Assembly: GCA_035468985.1 (NCBI GenBank)
Contig: DATISF010000064.1
Span: forward strand, 225 to 64,224
DNA: 64,000 bases
Source: Thermoanaerobaculia bacterium
Lineage (GTDB): Bacteria > Acidobacteriota > Thermoanaerobaculia > Gp7-AA8
Direction of reading: 5' to 3'
This document shows positions 8,057 through 17,543 of the stretch, piece after piece. Both the position numbers and the translations under genes were made by a program. A model generated the notes under the pieces. That model ran no database searches, had not been told where the DNA came from, and saw nothing but the letters and a program-made list of their open reading frames with translations. The first letter of the stretch is position 1; every line of letters begins with the position of its first letter.

Positions 8057-9580
8057 CTACTTCACCGTCATGGAGGGCACCGACAACAGGAATCCCGACG
8101 GATACATCTGGAAGCCCTCGATGTTCTTGCGCATGATCGCGACGTTGTCGCGGTGATAGAGCGAGATGTACGGCATCTCATCGGCCAGGATTTTCTGGAT
8201 CTCGTCGTAGGCCGCCTTGCGCTTCGTGCGGTCGAACGTCGAACGCCCCTGCATGATCAGCTGATCGACGCGCGGATTCACGTAGTACCCGCGGTTCTGC
8301 CCGTTCGGGGCCAGGCTCGAGGAGTGAAAGATCGTGTAGTAGAAGTCGGGATCGGAGATGCCCGATCTCCGCAATGAGAACATCTGGAAGCGGCCGTTCT
8401 TGATGTCCTCCATGAACGTGCCGAACTCGCTCGTCTGGATCTGCATGTCGATGCCGACTTCCTTCAGCATCTGCTGGATCATCTCCGCCTGCTGATTGGC
8501 CTCGGCGTCGGTCGATGTGCGGAAGGTCAGCTTGAACCGCGGCTGTCCCTTGTAGCCGGCCGCGTCCAGCATCTGCTTCGCCCTGGCCGGATCGTAGTCG
8601 AAGGACGGGAGATTCTCGGCGCGGGCCCAGTGGCCCGGCGGGAACATCGTGTCGGTCACCGAGCCGTACCCGTGCAGGAGATCGCGGACGATGCGATTGC
8701 GGTCGATGGCGTGGGCGATGGCCTGACGCACCTGCTTCTTGCTCAGGACGGGATCGTGAAGGTTGAAGCAGATGTACTGATAGGCGCCGCCATGGGAGGT
8801 CATGACGTTGAAGTCCGAGTTCTTCTTGAATTGCTCGACCTGGTCGAACGGGATGCTGTTGATCTCGAAATTCACCGTGCCGCGACGCAGCTCGAGCACG
8901 CGCGTGGTGGCGTCGGGGATGATTCGCACCGTCACGTTCGGCACGTTCGGCTTTCCGCCGACCCAGCCGTCGAACGCCTGCAGCGTCACGCGCTCATCGG
9001 CGCGAAACTCGGTCACCTTGTACGCGCCGGCCAGCACCGGCTGTTTGCCGAACACGTTCGGATCGGCTCCCTGCGGCACGAGCATGAACGGGAAGTTGTC
9101 GAAGATGCCGGCGTTCGGCTCTTTCAATTTGATGACGAACGTGTGGTCGTCGGGAGCATCGAACGAGGCCACGGCCGTGTAGCCCGATCGCTTCGGACTG
9201 TTGAAGCTCTCGGCCATCATCGAGTCGAACGTGTACTTGAAGTCTTTCGATGTGACCGGCCGCCCGTCCTGGAACTTCGCATTGGGATTGAGGTGGAAGA
9301 CGATCGTCTTGTCGTCCGGCGTCTCCCACTTTTCGGCGACGTCGCCCGTGAAGTCGCCGGCCGGCGTCAGCTTGATCAGCCCTGACGCCGTCATGTCCCA
9401 GATGCGGCCCGAGTAGGTGTCGGTGCCGATGCGGGGATCGAGGTTGGTCGGACTGCCGTCGAAGGCGATCACCAGCCCTTGTGCCTCTCCACCTGCTCCT
9501 CCCCCCGCTTTCCTTTCGCCGCCGGCGCAGGCGACGAGCACAACCAGGGAGAGGATGGCCGCCAGATCTCGCCTTCGCAT
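8057..9580 (-). CDS. ABC transporter substrate-binding protein, family 5 (peptide/nickel, DppA/OppA-like) lipoprotein
   Basis: Signal plus lipobox MRRRDLAAILSLVVLVACAGG; family-5 SBP-like domain; start set at internal ATG 9580. Confidence 0.75.
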   Translation of the reverse strand: MRRRDLAAILSLVVLVACAGGERKAGGGAGGEAQGLVIAFDGSPTNLDPRIGTDTYSGRIWDMTASGLIKLTPAGDFTGDVAEKWETPDDKTIVFHLNPNAKFQDGRPVTSKDFKYTFDSMMAESFNSPKRSGYTAVASFDAPDDHTFVIKLKEPNAGIFDNFPFMLVPQGADPNVFGKQPVLAGAYKVTEFRADERVTLQAFDGWVGGKPNVPNVTVRIIPDATTRVLELRRGTVNFEINSIPFDQVEQFKKNSDFNVMTSHGGAYQYICFNLHDPVLSKKQVRQAIAHAIDRNRIVRDLLHGYGSVTDTMFPPGHWARAENLPSFDYDPARAKQMLDAAGYKGQPRFKLTFRTSTDAEANQQAEMIQQMLKEVGIDMQIQTSEFGTFMEDIKNGRFQMFSLRRSGISDPDFYYTIFHSSSLAPNGQNRGYYVNPRVDQLIMQGRSTFDRTKRKAAYDEIQKILADEMPYISLYHRDNVAIMRKNIEGFQMYPSGFLLSVPSMTVK

Positions 9581-9629
9581 ACCGATACTCCTTCCACGCC
9601 CGGCGGTTACAAAAGAAGTGCCTGCTATC

Positions 9630-11756
9630 ATGCGCACGCCCGACATGCGTTTGAGTCCTCGGCTGTTCTTCATCCTGCTCTTCCTGGCGTTTCCACTTTG
9701 CGGGCAGCAGCGCGTCATCGTACTCGGATTCGACGGGGTCGACGCCCGTCTCGTCGAACAGTGGATGAACGACGGCAAGCTGCCGAACATGGCCCGCCTC
9801 CGCGACACGGGGACGTTTCGTCCGCTGCGGCCGACCATTCCCGCGCAGACCCCGGTGTCGTGGTCGACGTTCAGCACCGGAATCGATCCCGGACGCACCG
9901 GGATCTTCGATTTCCTCCGCCGCGACCCGAAGACCTACATGCCGGTCTTTGCCGCGTTCGACGAGACGAAAGAAGACTTCCTGCTCGGCGAAGGGAACCC
10001 GATCGTGTTCGGCACGGCGGCGGGGATGCTCGCCTTTCTGGTGACGTTCCTGTTTACGCGCCGCCGCCACATGTGGCTGCCGGTTCTCGTCGCTGTGCTG
10101 ACCATTCCCGGAGTCTTTGCCGCGACGATGAAATACATCCCGTTCACCCGTCCTGGCGTGATCAATCGACGGCAAGGCATTCCGTTCTGGGATGCCGCGG
10201 CCAACGCCGGCAAGAAGGCAGTGATCATCCACGTCCCGGTGACGTTCCCCGCCACCGACTTCCACGACGGCCACATGCTCTCCGGCCTCGGCGTTCCCGA
10301 CATGTCGGGCCGCGTCGGCAAACCGTTCTTCTTCACATCCGAGCTCGACATGCAGCGCTCGGGCTCGAACGAATTCTCGATCGAGGTCGTGCAGCTCGAA
10401 GACAACAAGGGCGTGATTCCGACGAAGATCGTGGGGCCGCCGAACAAGCTCTTCAAAACACCCGACTACATCTCGATCCCGATGACGCTCACCGTCGCGA
10501 ACGATCGCCATTCGGTGCAGATCGAAGTGAGCGATCAGAAATTCACGCTTCGGCCGGGCCAGTGGAGCGACTGGGTCGAGTTCGTCTTTCCGTTCAATCC
10601 GCTGATCAAGGTTCACGGCATCAGCCGCTTTCACCTTCTCTCATCGCAGCCGGAAGTGAGGCTGTACCTGTCGCCGATCAATTTCGATCCGCGATCGCTG
10701 CCGCCGGGATTCAAGGTGTCCACGCCGGCGCGATGGGCGGCGCAGCTGGCGAAGCAGTTCGGTCTGTACAAGACGATCGGCTGGCAGATCGACACATGGG
10801 CGATCTCCGAGGGGTTTGCGGACGAGCAGATGTTCTGGGATGACATGAACTGGACCGTCGCGCAGGACCGGAAGATGTTTGCCGCGCACCTGGCCAGCGA
10901 CAACGATCTGATCGTCCAGCAGTTCGAGTTTCCCGATCGCGTCGCGCATGTCATGTGGCGGCTGACCGATCCGAAACATCCCGCCTACGACGCCGCGCTC
11001 GCCGCGAAATGGGGCGACTCGATCCTCCGCGCGTATCAGCTCATGGACTCGATCGTCGGCGACGCCATGGCGGCCGCGGAGAAGCGGAAGGCCGCGCTGA
11101 TCGTCGTCTCCGATCACGGCTTCGCCAGCTTCCGCAAATCGGTGAATTACAACACGTGGCTCGTGCTGAACGGCTACATCTCGCTGAAGAGCGGCGTTCA
11201 GATCAAGGAGCGCAATCTGGAGATGCTCTTTGGCCAGGGACAGTTCTGGGAGAACGTCGACTGGTCGAAGACCCGCGCCTACGCGATGGGTCTCGGCGAG
11301 GTGTACATCAACCTGAAGGGGCGCGAGGCGCAGGGGATCGTGAATCCCGGGGCCGATTACGACGCGTTGAAGAACGAGTTGAAGCGGAAGCTCGTCACCC
11401 TGACCGATCCGGAAACGGGCGAGCATCCCGTGCGCCGGGTGCTGGCCCGCGAGGAGATCTACCGCCAGTTCGATCCGAACATGATTCCCGATCTCTTCGT
11501 CACCAACAACGACGGCTACCGCGTCTCCTGGCAGACATCCCTCGGCGGCATTCCGAAGGATCTCATCGAGCCGAACAAACACACCTGGAGCGGCGATCAC
11601 TGCTCGGTCGATCCGGAGATCGTGAAGGGGATTTTCTTTTACAACAAACGGTTGACGACCGCGCGCGCCCCGTATATTGGTGATATCTATCCCACTGTCC
11701 TCGGCCTGTTAGGCGTGCGCGCGCCGTACGCACTTGACGGAGTGGAATTGAAGTAG
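9630..11756 (+). CDS. Alkaline-phosphatase superfamily enzyme (type I phosphodiesterase/nucleotide pyrophosphatase-like) with internal hydrophobic hairpin
   Basis: VIVLGFDGVD...TPVSWSTFSTG N-terminal metal/nucleophile region; SDHGF later; two internal TM-like segments. Confidence 0.65.
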   Translation: MRTPDMRLSPRLFFILLFLAFPLCGQQRVIVLGFDGVDARLVEQWMNDGKLPNMARLRDTGTFRPLRPTIPAQTPVSWSTFSTGIDPGRTGIFDFLRRDPKTYMPVFAAFDETKEDFLLGEGNPIVFGTAAGMLAFLVTFLFTRRRHMWLPVLVAVLTIPGVFAATMKYIPFTRPGVINRRQGIPFWDAAANAGKKAVIIHVPVTFPATDFHDGHMLSGLGVPDMSGRVGKPFFFTSELDMQRSGSNEFSIEVVQLEDNKGVIPTKIVGPPNKLFKTPDYISIPMTLTVANDRHSVQIEVSDQKFTLRPGQWSDWVEFVFPFNPLIKVHGISRFHLLSSQPEVRLYLSPINFDPRSLPPGFKVSTPARWAAQLAKQFGLYKTIGWQIDTWAISEGFADEQMFWDDMNWTVAQDRKMFAAHLASDNDLIVQQFEFPDRVAHVMWRLTDPKHPAYDAALAAKWGDSILRAYQLMDSIVGDAMAAAEKRKAALIVVSDHGFASFRKSVNYNTWLVLNGYISLKSGVQIKERNLEMLFGQGQFWENVDWSKTRAYAMGLGEVYINLKGREAQGIVNPGADYDALKNELKRKLVTLTDPETGEHPVRRVLAREEIYRQFDPNMIPDLFVTNNDGYRVSWQTSLGGIPKDLIEPNKHTWSGDHCSVDPEIVKGIFFYNKRLTTARAPYIGDIYPTVLGLLGVRAPYALDGVELK

Positions 11757-11780
11757 GACACGAGGACACGAGGACTGGCT

Positions 11781-13013
11781 GTGCATCACCCCGAGTCTTC
11801 GAGTCCCCGGTCCTCGCCTCCCATGGATTACAAACGCCTCCTCACCAAAGTCGAAAAAACCCTCGAGCAGATCGAGACCACCGAAGCCACGAGCTCCAAC
11901 ATCGAGCAGTTCGGCGCGACGATCGCTGCGAACTTCCGCGAGGAGCTCGGGATCACCGGCGGCCGCGTCTATGAACAGCGGGGCGATGACACCTACGAGC
12001 TCGTCGGCCGCTTCGGTGCCGCGCAGGAGCTCGCGCTCGGCATCACCGTGCCGAAGGAGTACAAGCCGATCGAGCTCGTGCTCGAGAACGGGATCGTGGT
12101 CATGGGTCCGAGCGATCCGGGCGTCGATCCGGTTCTCGAACAGAGAATCGGCGCGAACCGTTTCGCCGCCATCTCCGTCGGCGACGAAAACTACATCCTC
12201 AGCTTCAACGTCGCGCCCGAGCAGTCGCGCGACGACATCCTCTTCTCGCTGAATCTCGTCCGCTCCGCGATCAACCAGAAGCTCCGCGCAAATCGGTACG
12301 AGTCGCTGATCGTCGAGGCCCAGCGCATCCAGCAGTCGATCCTGCCGCAGCGCATTCCCCAATACGCCGGATACGACATCTGGGGCCGCACGGTGCCGGC
12401 CGAGATCGTCAGCGGCGACTTCTACGATTTCATTCCCGTCTCCGACAACATTCTCGGCCTGGCGATCGCCGACGGTTCCGGCCACGGACTGCCTGCGGCT
12501 CTCGTCGTGCGCGACATCTACATGGGATTGCGCATGGCCACCGACCGCGATTTCAAGATCATCCGCACGGTCGAGAAGCTCAATCACATCATCCACCGCA
12601 GCCGTCTGACGACGAAGTTCGTCTCGCTGTTCTACGGAGAGCTGGAGACGGGCGGCATTCTCATTTACACGAACGCCGGCCACAACGCTCCGTTCATCCT
12701 TCGCGGAATGCATGTCGAATATCTGAAGCCGACAGGACCGGTACTGGGTCCGACACCCGACGCGACGTACGTGCGCGGATTCGCGCGGCTGCAGGCGGGC
12801 GATTTGTTATGCATGTATTCCGATGGCATCATCGAGGCGCATGACCGGCGCGACCGGGAGTTCGGCATGAACCGCCTGCTCGCCATCGTCCGCGGGAACC
12901 GCATGCGATCCGCTCAGGAGATCGGGCAGGAGGTGCTGGCCAGGGTGGCGCGGTGGGGGCGGGAAGGGGAAGATGATCGAACGGTGGTGATCGTGAAGGC
13001 GGTCTCGGTGTAG
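11781..13013 (+). CDS. PP2C-family Ser/Thr phosphatase (SpoIIE/RsbU-like) with N-terminal sensor region
   Basis: GDFYDF...ADGSGHG...FYGELE...YSDGIIEA motifs; alternative ATG at 11823. Confidence 0.7.
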   Translation: MHHPESSSPRSSPPMDYKRLLTKVEKTLEQIETTEATSSNIEQFGATIAANFREELGITGGRVYEQRGDDTYELVGRFGAAQELALGITVPKEYKPIELVLENGIVVMGPSDPGVDPVLEQRIGANRFAAISVGDENYILSFNVAPEQSRDDILFSLNLVRSAINQKLRANRYESLIVEAQRIQQSILPQRIPQYAGYDIWGRTVPAEIVSGDFYDFIPVSDNILGLAIADGSGHGLPAALVVRDIYMGLRMATDRDFKIIRTVEKLNHIIHRSRLTTKFVSLFYGELETGGILIYTNAGHNAPFILRGMHVEYLKPTGPVLGPTPDATYVRGFARLQAGDLLCMYSDGIIEAHDRRDREFGMNRLLAIVRGNRMRSAQEIGQEVLARVARWGREGEDDRTVVIVKAVSV

Positions 13014-13015
13014 CG

Positions 13016-13897
13016 ATGGCGGACGTCCTCTACTTCAACGGCCGGTTCACGACGACGGCCGAGCGCGTGCTCGGCGTCGAGGACCGCGGCTTTCAATTCG
13101 GCGACGCGGTGTACGAAGTCTTCAAGTTCCTGCGCCGCCGTCCGATTTTTCTCGCCGATCACTTCCGGCGCATGGAGCGCGGGCTGCAGCAGATCGAGGT
13201 CGCCAATCCGTGGGACGAGCCGTCGTTCAACGCCACGGTCGCCGAACTGCTCGAGCGCACCGCATTCGAGGACGGAATCGTCTACATCCAGGTCTCGCGC
13301 GGCGAGAGCGAGCGGGCGCATTTCTATCCCGACAACATGAAGCCGACCGCGGTCGCCTACTCCCGGCGATTCACCTTTCCCGACGAGATGAAGAAGGAGC
13401 GCGGCATCCGCGTCATCACCACGTCCGATCAGCGCTGGCTGCATTGCGACGTCAAGTCGGTGAACCTGCTGGCGAACGCGCTTGCGAAGAAAAAGGCGCA
13501 GCGCGCGAAAGCCGAGGAGGCCTTGCTCGTCGCCGAAGGATCGGTGAGGGAAGGAGCCAGCTCGAGCTTCTTCGCGGTCCACGGCGGGAAGGTCATCACC
13601 CATCCGCTCGACGAGCACATTCTTCCGGGAGTGGTCCGCGACCGTGTCATCGGCCTGGCGCTCGGGACGAAGACTGGCGTCGACGAGCGGCCGCTCCGCG
13701 AGGCCGAGCTGTTCGATCTCCACGAGGCGTTCATCACCAGCACCACTCAGGGAGTCATGCCGGTCGCGGAGATCGACGGCCGCGTGGTCGGCAACGGCCG
13801 CCGCGGCGAGATCACCGAACGACTGCAGCGTCTCCTGGATGATGCCGAGCTTCGCGATGTGACCCGAGGTGAACTCCGAGGTTCTGTGCGGCCGTGA
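13016..13897 (+). CDS. Class IV aminotransferase (branched-chain/D-amino-acid aminotransferase family)
   Basis: FQFGDAVYEV, EGSSSSFFAV motifs; start overlaps upstream stop (TAGCGATG). Confidence 0.75.
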   Translation: MADVLYFNGRFTTTAERVLGVEDRGFQFGDAVYEVFKFLRRRPIFLADHFRRMERGLQQIEVANPWDEPSFNATVAELLERTAFEDGIVYIQVSRGESERAHFYPDNMKPTAVAYSRRFTFPDEMKKERGIRVITTSDQRWLHCDVKSVNLLANALAKKKAQRAKAEEALLVAEGSVREGASSSFFAVHGGKVITHPLDEHILPGVVRDRVIGLALGTKTGVDERPLREAELFDLHEAFITSTTQGVMPVAEIDGRVVGNGRRGEITERLQRLLDDAELRDVTRGELRGSVRP

Positions 13898-14084
13898 TGA
13901 TGAAGAGGATACCGACCGCGACCGCTCCCACCAGCACCACCTGCACCGCGCGGTCGATCAGTCCGACCGCTCCCCACGTCTGCATCATGTGGTAGGCGAG
14001 CAAGGCAATCGCCGCGCACACGTACACCACGCCCAGAACCCCGAGAACGGCATTGCCGGTCCGGGAGCGCACTTGAATGCGCAT
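13812..14084 (-). CDS. Possible small 2-TM membrane protein, 3' end overlapping aminotransferase
   Basis: Only hydrophobicity; weak. Confidence 0.25.
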   Translation of the reverse strand: MRIQVRSRTGNAVLGVLGVVYVCAAIALLAYHMMQTWGAVGLIDRAVQVVLVGAVAVGILFIITAAQNLGVHLGSHREARHHPGDAAVVR

Positions 14085-14126
14085 AGTCTCTCTCCTCTGC
14101 AGGAGATGTAATTCTACAGGAAATTC

Positions 14127-14240
14127 ACATCATCCTGAGCCGCGAAGACGGCGAAGGATCTCCGGCTGCGCAACCAGAGATCCATCGCTGCGCTCAGGAT
14201 GACGGGGAGTCAGTCCCCTCAGGATGACGGGGGAGTCAGT
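14127..14240. repeat. REP/MITE-like element copy C with duplicated right arm
   Basis: CATCCTGAGCCGCGAAGACGGCGAAGGATCTC...CTCAGGATGACGGGGAGTCAGTC x2. Confidence 0.8.
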
Positions 14241-14979
14241 CGCCGGAGATCAGGTCGCCGATGACGTTCCCGGCGATGCCGGCGATGCCCTTGGACTCTT
14301 CCTTCCGGCTTCCAATGGCCGCGGCGATGCGGTTGGCGAAGCGGCTGAACGGCATCGTCTGCAGAATGACGTGGCCGGGACCGGTCAACGTGGCGTAGAA
14401 GAGACCCTCTCCGCCGAACAGCGCATTCCGAAATCCGCCGACGAACTGGATGTCGTAGGCGACCGTGTCCGCCATGGCCACGATGCAGCCGGTGTCGACG
14501 CGCAGTTGCTCGCCGGGCTTGAGGTTGAAATCGAGCATGTTCCCGCCGGCGTGCAGGAACAGCAGACCGTGGCCGGTGTACTTCTGGAGGATGAAGCCTT
14601 CGCCACCGAACAACCCAGCGCCGAAACGTTTCGTGAAGGCAACGGAGAGGTCGATGTTGCCGATGCCGCAGAGGAACGCATTCCGCTCGGCCAGCAGCGT
14701 GTTGCCCTTCATCTCATATGGGATGATCTTCCCGGCGATGGGATTCGCGAGGGCGATCTCGGCCGTCGCCGACCCGCAGCGGAACGTGCTCATGAACAGC
14801 GATTCGCCGGCCAGGAACTTGCGCATCAGTCCCTTCATGAGGCCGCCCTGCATCTTGGCCTGGAATTCGATTCCCGCTCCCATGTAGAGCATCGCTCCCG
14901 CTTCGGCGAAGACTTCTTCGCCCTGACGGAGTGTCATCTGGAGTGCCTGCATCACATCGCCGACGATTTTGTAGTCCAT
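14236..14979 (-). CDS. AIM24/TIGR00266 (DUF124) family protein
   Basis: LRQGEEVFAEAGAMLYM, GESLFMSTF, FGGEGFILQ motifs typical of AIM24 family; start at ATG 14979. Confidence 0.6.
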   Translation of the reverse strand: MDYKIVGDVMQALQMTLRQGEEVFAEAGAMLYMGAGIEFQAKMQGGLMKGLMRKFLAGESLFMSTFRCGSATAEIALANPIAGKIIPYEMKGNTLLAERNAFLCGIGNIDLSVAFTKRFGAGLFGGEGFILQKYTGHGLLFLHAGGNMLDFNLKPGEQLRVDTGCIVAMADTVAYDIQFVGGFRNALFGGEGLFYATLTGPGHVILQTMPFSRFANRIAAAIGSRKEESKGIAGIAGNVIGDLISGD

Positions 14980-14990
14980 GAGTGAATTAT

Positions 14991-15027
14991 CCTTCGGGAT
15001 TCGGGATTCGGGATTCGGGATTCGGGA
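14991..15027. repeat. (GGGATTC)5 heptanucleotide array ending 1 nt before the RluA-family gene start codon
   Basis: Direct reading. Confidence 0.85.
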
Positions 15028-15028
15028 A

Positions 15029-15916
15029 ATGCGAACAACGGCCGACCGCACAACGTTGCTGATCGAAGTTCTCGGGGAACTGCACCCCGATTGCTCCCGG
15101 ACCACTCTCCGCCAGATGCTTCAGGCCAAGCGCGTTCGCGTGAACGGGGAGCTGGAAGTCGACGCGAAGCGGTCGCTCGTCGCCGGTGACGATGTTCAGG
15201 TTCTCTCCCGTGCCGAGGCGGTGACGCTCCCGTCGTCGCTCACGCTTCTGCACGAGGACGACGACGTCATCGTGGTGATCAAGGCCAACGGGCTGCTGAC
15301 CGTGGCCACGGAGCGGGAGCCGGAGGCGAACGCGCAGGCGATGCTCAACGAATATCTGCGGCAGAAGAGCGGCGGGCGCATCCACGTCGTGCACCGGCTC
15401 GACCGCGAAACGTCCGGCGTCCTGGTCTTTGCCAAGAACTTCAAGGCCCGCGAGGTGCTCAAGGAGAAGTTTGCCGCGCACGATATCGATCGCATCTACG
15501 TCGCCATCGTCGAAGGGACGTTGTCCCCGCCGCACGGCACGATCCAGTCCCACCTGCTGGAGAAGCCGAATCTGCGCATGGAGAGCGTGAAGCGCCATCC
15601 GGAGGCAAAATTGTCGATCACGCATTACCGGACGCTCGCGACCTCGGGTCCGTACAGCATGCTGGAGGTGACTCTGGAAACGGGCCGGAAGAACCAGATC
15701 CGCGCGCACCTTTCGGAGAAAGGGCACCCGGTCGTCGGTGACCAGTTCTACGGCAGCAAAGTCAACCCTCTCGGCCGCCTCGGATTACACGCACAGCTCC
15801 TCGGATTCGATCATCCGGCGACGGGGAGGAGGATGACCTTCACCGCCCCGATGCCGAAGGTATTCCGCCATCTTTTTGGAACGGACCTCGCATCGGGGCG
15901 AGCCACGGACCGTTAG
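15029..15916 (+). CDS. RluA-family pseudouridine synthase with N-terminal S4 domain (RluD/RluC-like)
   Basis: HRLDRETSGVLVFAKN catalytic motif. Confidence 0.85.
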   Translation: MRTTADRTTLLIEVLGELHPDCSRTTLRQMLQAKRVRVNGELEVDAKRSLVAGDDVQVLSRAEAVTLPSSLTLLHEDDDVIVVIKANGLLTVATEREPEANAQAMLNEYLRQKSGGRIHVVHRLDRETSGVLVFAKNFKAREVLKEKFAAHDIDRIYVAIVEGTLSPPHGTIQSHLLEKPNLRMESVKRHPEAKLSITHYRTLATSGPYSMLEVTLETGRKNQIRAHLSEKGHPVVGDQFYGSKVNPLGRLGLHAQLLGFDHPATGRRMTFTAPMPKVFRHLFGTDLASGRATDR

Positions 15917-15934
15917 TCAATGAAAGGAGTCCCC

Positions 15935-16318
15935 ATGAGACGGAAACCCGTTCAGTACTTCTTCGCCATCTGCATTCTCGCCGCGGCGATGCCGGCGTTC
16001 GCCGCGAACAAGGCCCGCGTTTACAACGACGCGACTCGTCTGGCCGTGCTGCTCAACGACGCGCAGACGACGATTACCGTCAGCAGCGACGTGTGGCGAG
16101 TCGTGGCCAACGAAGCGAACTCGCTCGCCAATCGCATCTACGGTGCAACCGGCGGCAACGCCACCGCGCGCGGCGCGGCGCGCGATGCCCGCACTCACGT
16201 GCGCGCTTTCCGTGATGCCGCGCTGGCAGGTGACGCCGCCGGTGCGCGGACTCACGCCACCGAAGCGATGACGTACGTGACGAAGCTGATCGACTGGTCG
16301 GCGCCGAAAAAGAATTAG
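15935..16318 (+). CDS. Secreted hypothetical protein
   Basis: AAGGAG RBS 5 nt upstream; signal peptide FAICILAAAMPAFA. Confidence 0.5.
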   Translation: MRRKPVQYFFAICILAAAMPAFAANKARVYNDATRLAVLLNDAQTTITVSSDVWRVVANEANSLANRIYGATGGNATARGAARDARTHVRAFRDAALAGDAAGARTHATEAMTYVTKLIDWSAPKKN

Positions 16319-16456
16319 GGAACCTCTGCACGAGTCGTCCTGAGTCGGCGAAGCGCGACGAAGGATCTCGGGATGCGAAACCGCCTGCGATTTCGAGATC
16401 CTTCGCCGTCTTCGCGGCTCAGGATGACGTGAACAACGACTTGCTCAGAGGTTCCT
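16317..16456. repeat. REP/MITE-like element copy D (full length)
   Basis: GGGAACCTCTGCACGAGTCGTCCTGAGTCGGCGAAGCGCGACGAAGGATCTC...GGCTCAGGATGACGTGAACAACGACTTGCTCAGAGGTTCC. Confidence 0.85.
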
Positions 16457-16490
16457 TCGTGGAGGGGGGGTGGCGCACTGTGCCACACGG

Positions 16491-17474
16491 TCAGACGAAG
16501 CTCACCGCCATCTTCGATCCTTCCTCGCGGTAGATCGTGTCGACGAACCGGATCGTGTTCGTCTTGAGCGACATGAACAGCGACGACACGCGGATGCCGC
16601 CTCCGAAGTAGCGTACCCCGCGCAGGAGATCGCCGTCGGTCACGCCGGTGGCGCAGAAGATGATGTCGCCGCCCGAAGCCAGTTCGGCGGTGTCGTAAAT
16701 CTTGTTACTGTCGGTGAATCCCATCGCCTTCAGCCGATCTTCCTGCCACTTCTCGAGCGGCTTGAGGCGGCCCTGCATTCGGCCGTTGAGGCAGCGCATC
16801 GCCGCGGCGGTCAGGACGCCCTCGGGCGCGCCCCCGATCCCCATGGCGCCGTGAATTCCCGTGCCGCGCACCGCGGCGGCAATGCCGGCGGAGAGATCGC
16901 CGTCGCTGATCAGCTTGATGCGCGCGCCGGCTTCGCGGATCTGCGCGATCAGATCGTGATGGCGATCGCGGTCGAGCACGACGATCACCAGCTCATCGAT
17001 GTCGCGTTGGAAGGCCTCGGCCATCTGGCTGAGGTTCTCGTGCACCGAATTGTCGAGGGCGACGTGCTCGGCGGCCGTCGGTCCGACGACAAGCTTGTCC
17101 ATGTAGATGTCGGGTGCGTTGAGGAGGCCGCCCTTCTCCGAGGCGGCGATGACGGCGATGGAGTTCGGCGCGCCGGTCGCGCAGAGATTCGTCCCTTCCA
17201 GCGGGTCGACGGCGATGTCGATGTCGGGATAGATTTCGCCCTCGGTCCAGCCGCGGCCGAGGGGCTCGCCAACGTAGAGCATGGGGGCCTTGTCGCGCTC
17301 GCCCTCGCCGATGACCACGGTGCCGCGCATCTTGAGCTTGTTCAGCTCCTCGCGCATCGACTCGACCGCCACCTGATCCGAATACTTCCGCTTCCCGTAC
17401 CCCATCGTGCGCGCTGCGGCGATGGCCGCTTTCTCGGTAGCGCGCATGAATCCCAGTTCGATGCTCGATTCCAT
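16491..17474 (-). CDS. glpX: Fructose-1,6-bisphosphatase class II
   Basis: Full-length GlpX-like sequence (MESSIELGFMRATEKAAIAAAR...). Confidence 0.85.
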   Translation of the reverse strand: MESSIELGFMRATEKAAIAAARTMGYGKRKYSDQVAVESMREELNKLKMRGTVVIGEGERDKAPMLYVGEPLGRGWTEGEIYPDIDIAVDPLEGTNLCATGAPNSIAVIAASEKGGLLNAPDIYMDKLVVGPTAAEHVALDNSVHENLSQMAEAFQRDIDELVIVVLDRDRHHDLIAQIREAGARIKLISDGDLSAGIAAAVRGTGIHGAMGIGGAPEGVLTAAAMRCLNGRMQGRLKPLEKWQEDRLKAMGFTDSNKIYDTAELASGGDIIFCATGVTDGDLLRGVRYFGGGIRVSSLFMSLKTNTIRFVDTIYREEGSKMAVSFV

Positions 17475-17543
17475 AGGCCGCGGAACTCTAGCAGAAATCA
17501 AAAAGGTCAACGCGTGACGGCTGCCCGCCGTAATAATCGAGCC

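Noticed and set aside
8994-10634. 546-aa minus-strand ORF antisense to AlkP-family and SBP genes
   Set aside because: Arg/His-rich, spans two real genes on opposite strands.
16470-17543. Long plus-strand ORF (16470-19007) implying an 845-aa GT-C protein
   Set aside because: The N-terminal 358 aa are antisense to glpX and Arg-rich. The real gene starts at ATG 17544 (MERWNRVV) just before the first TM helix.
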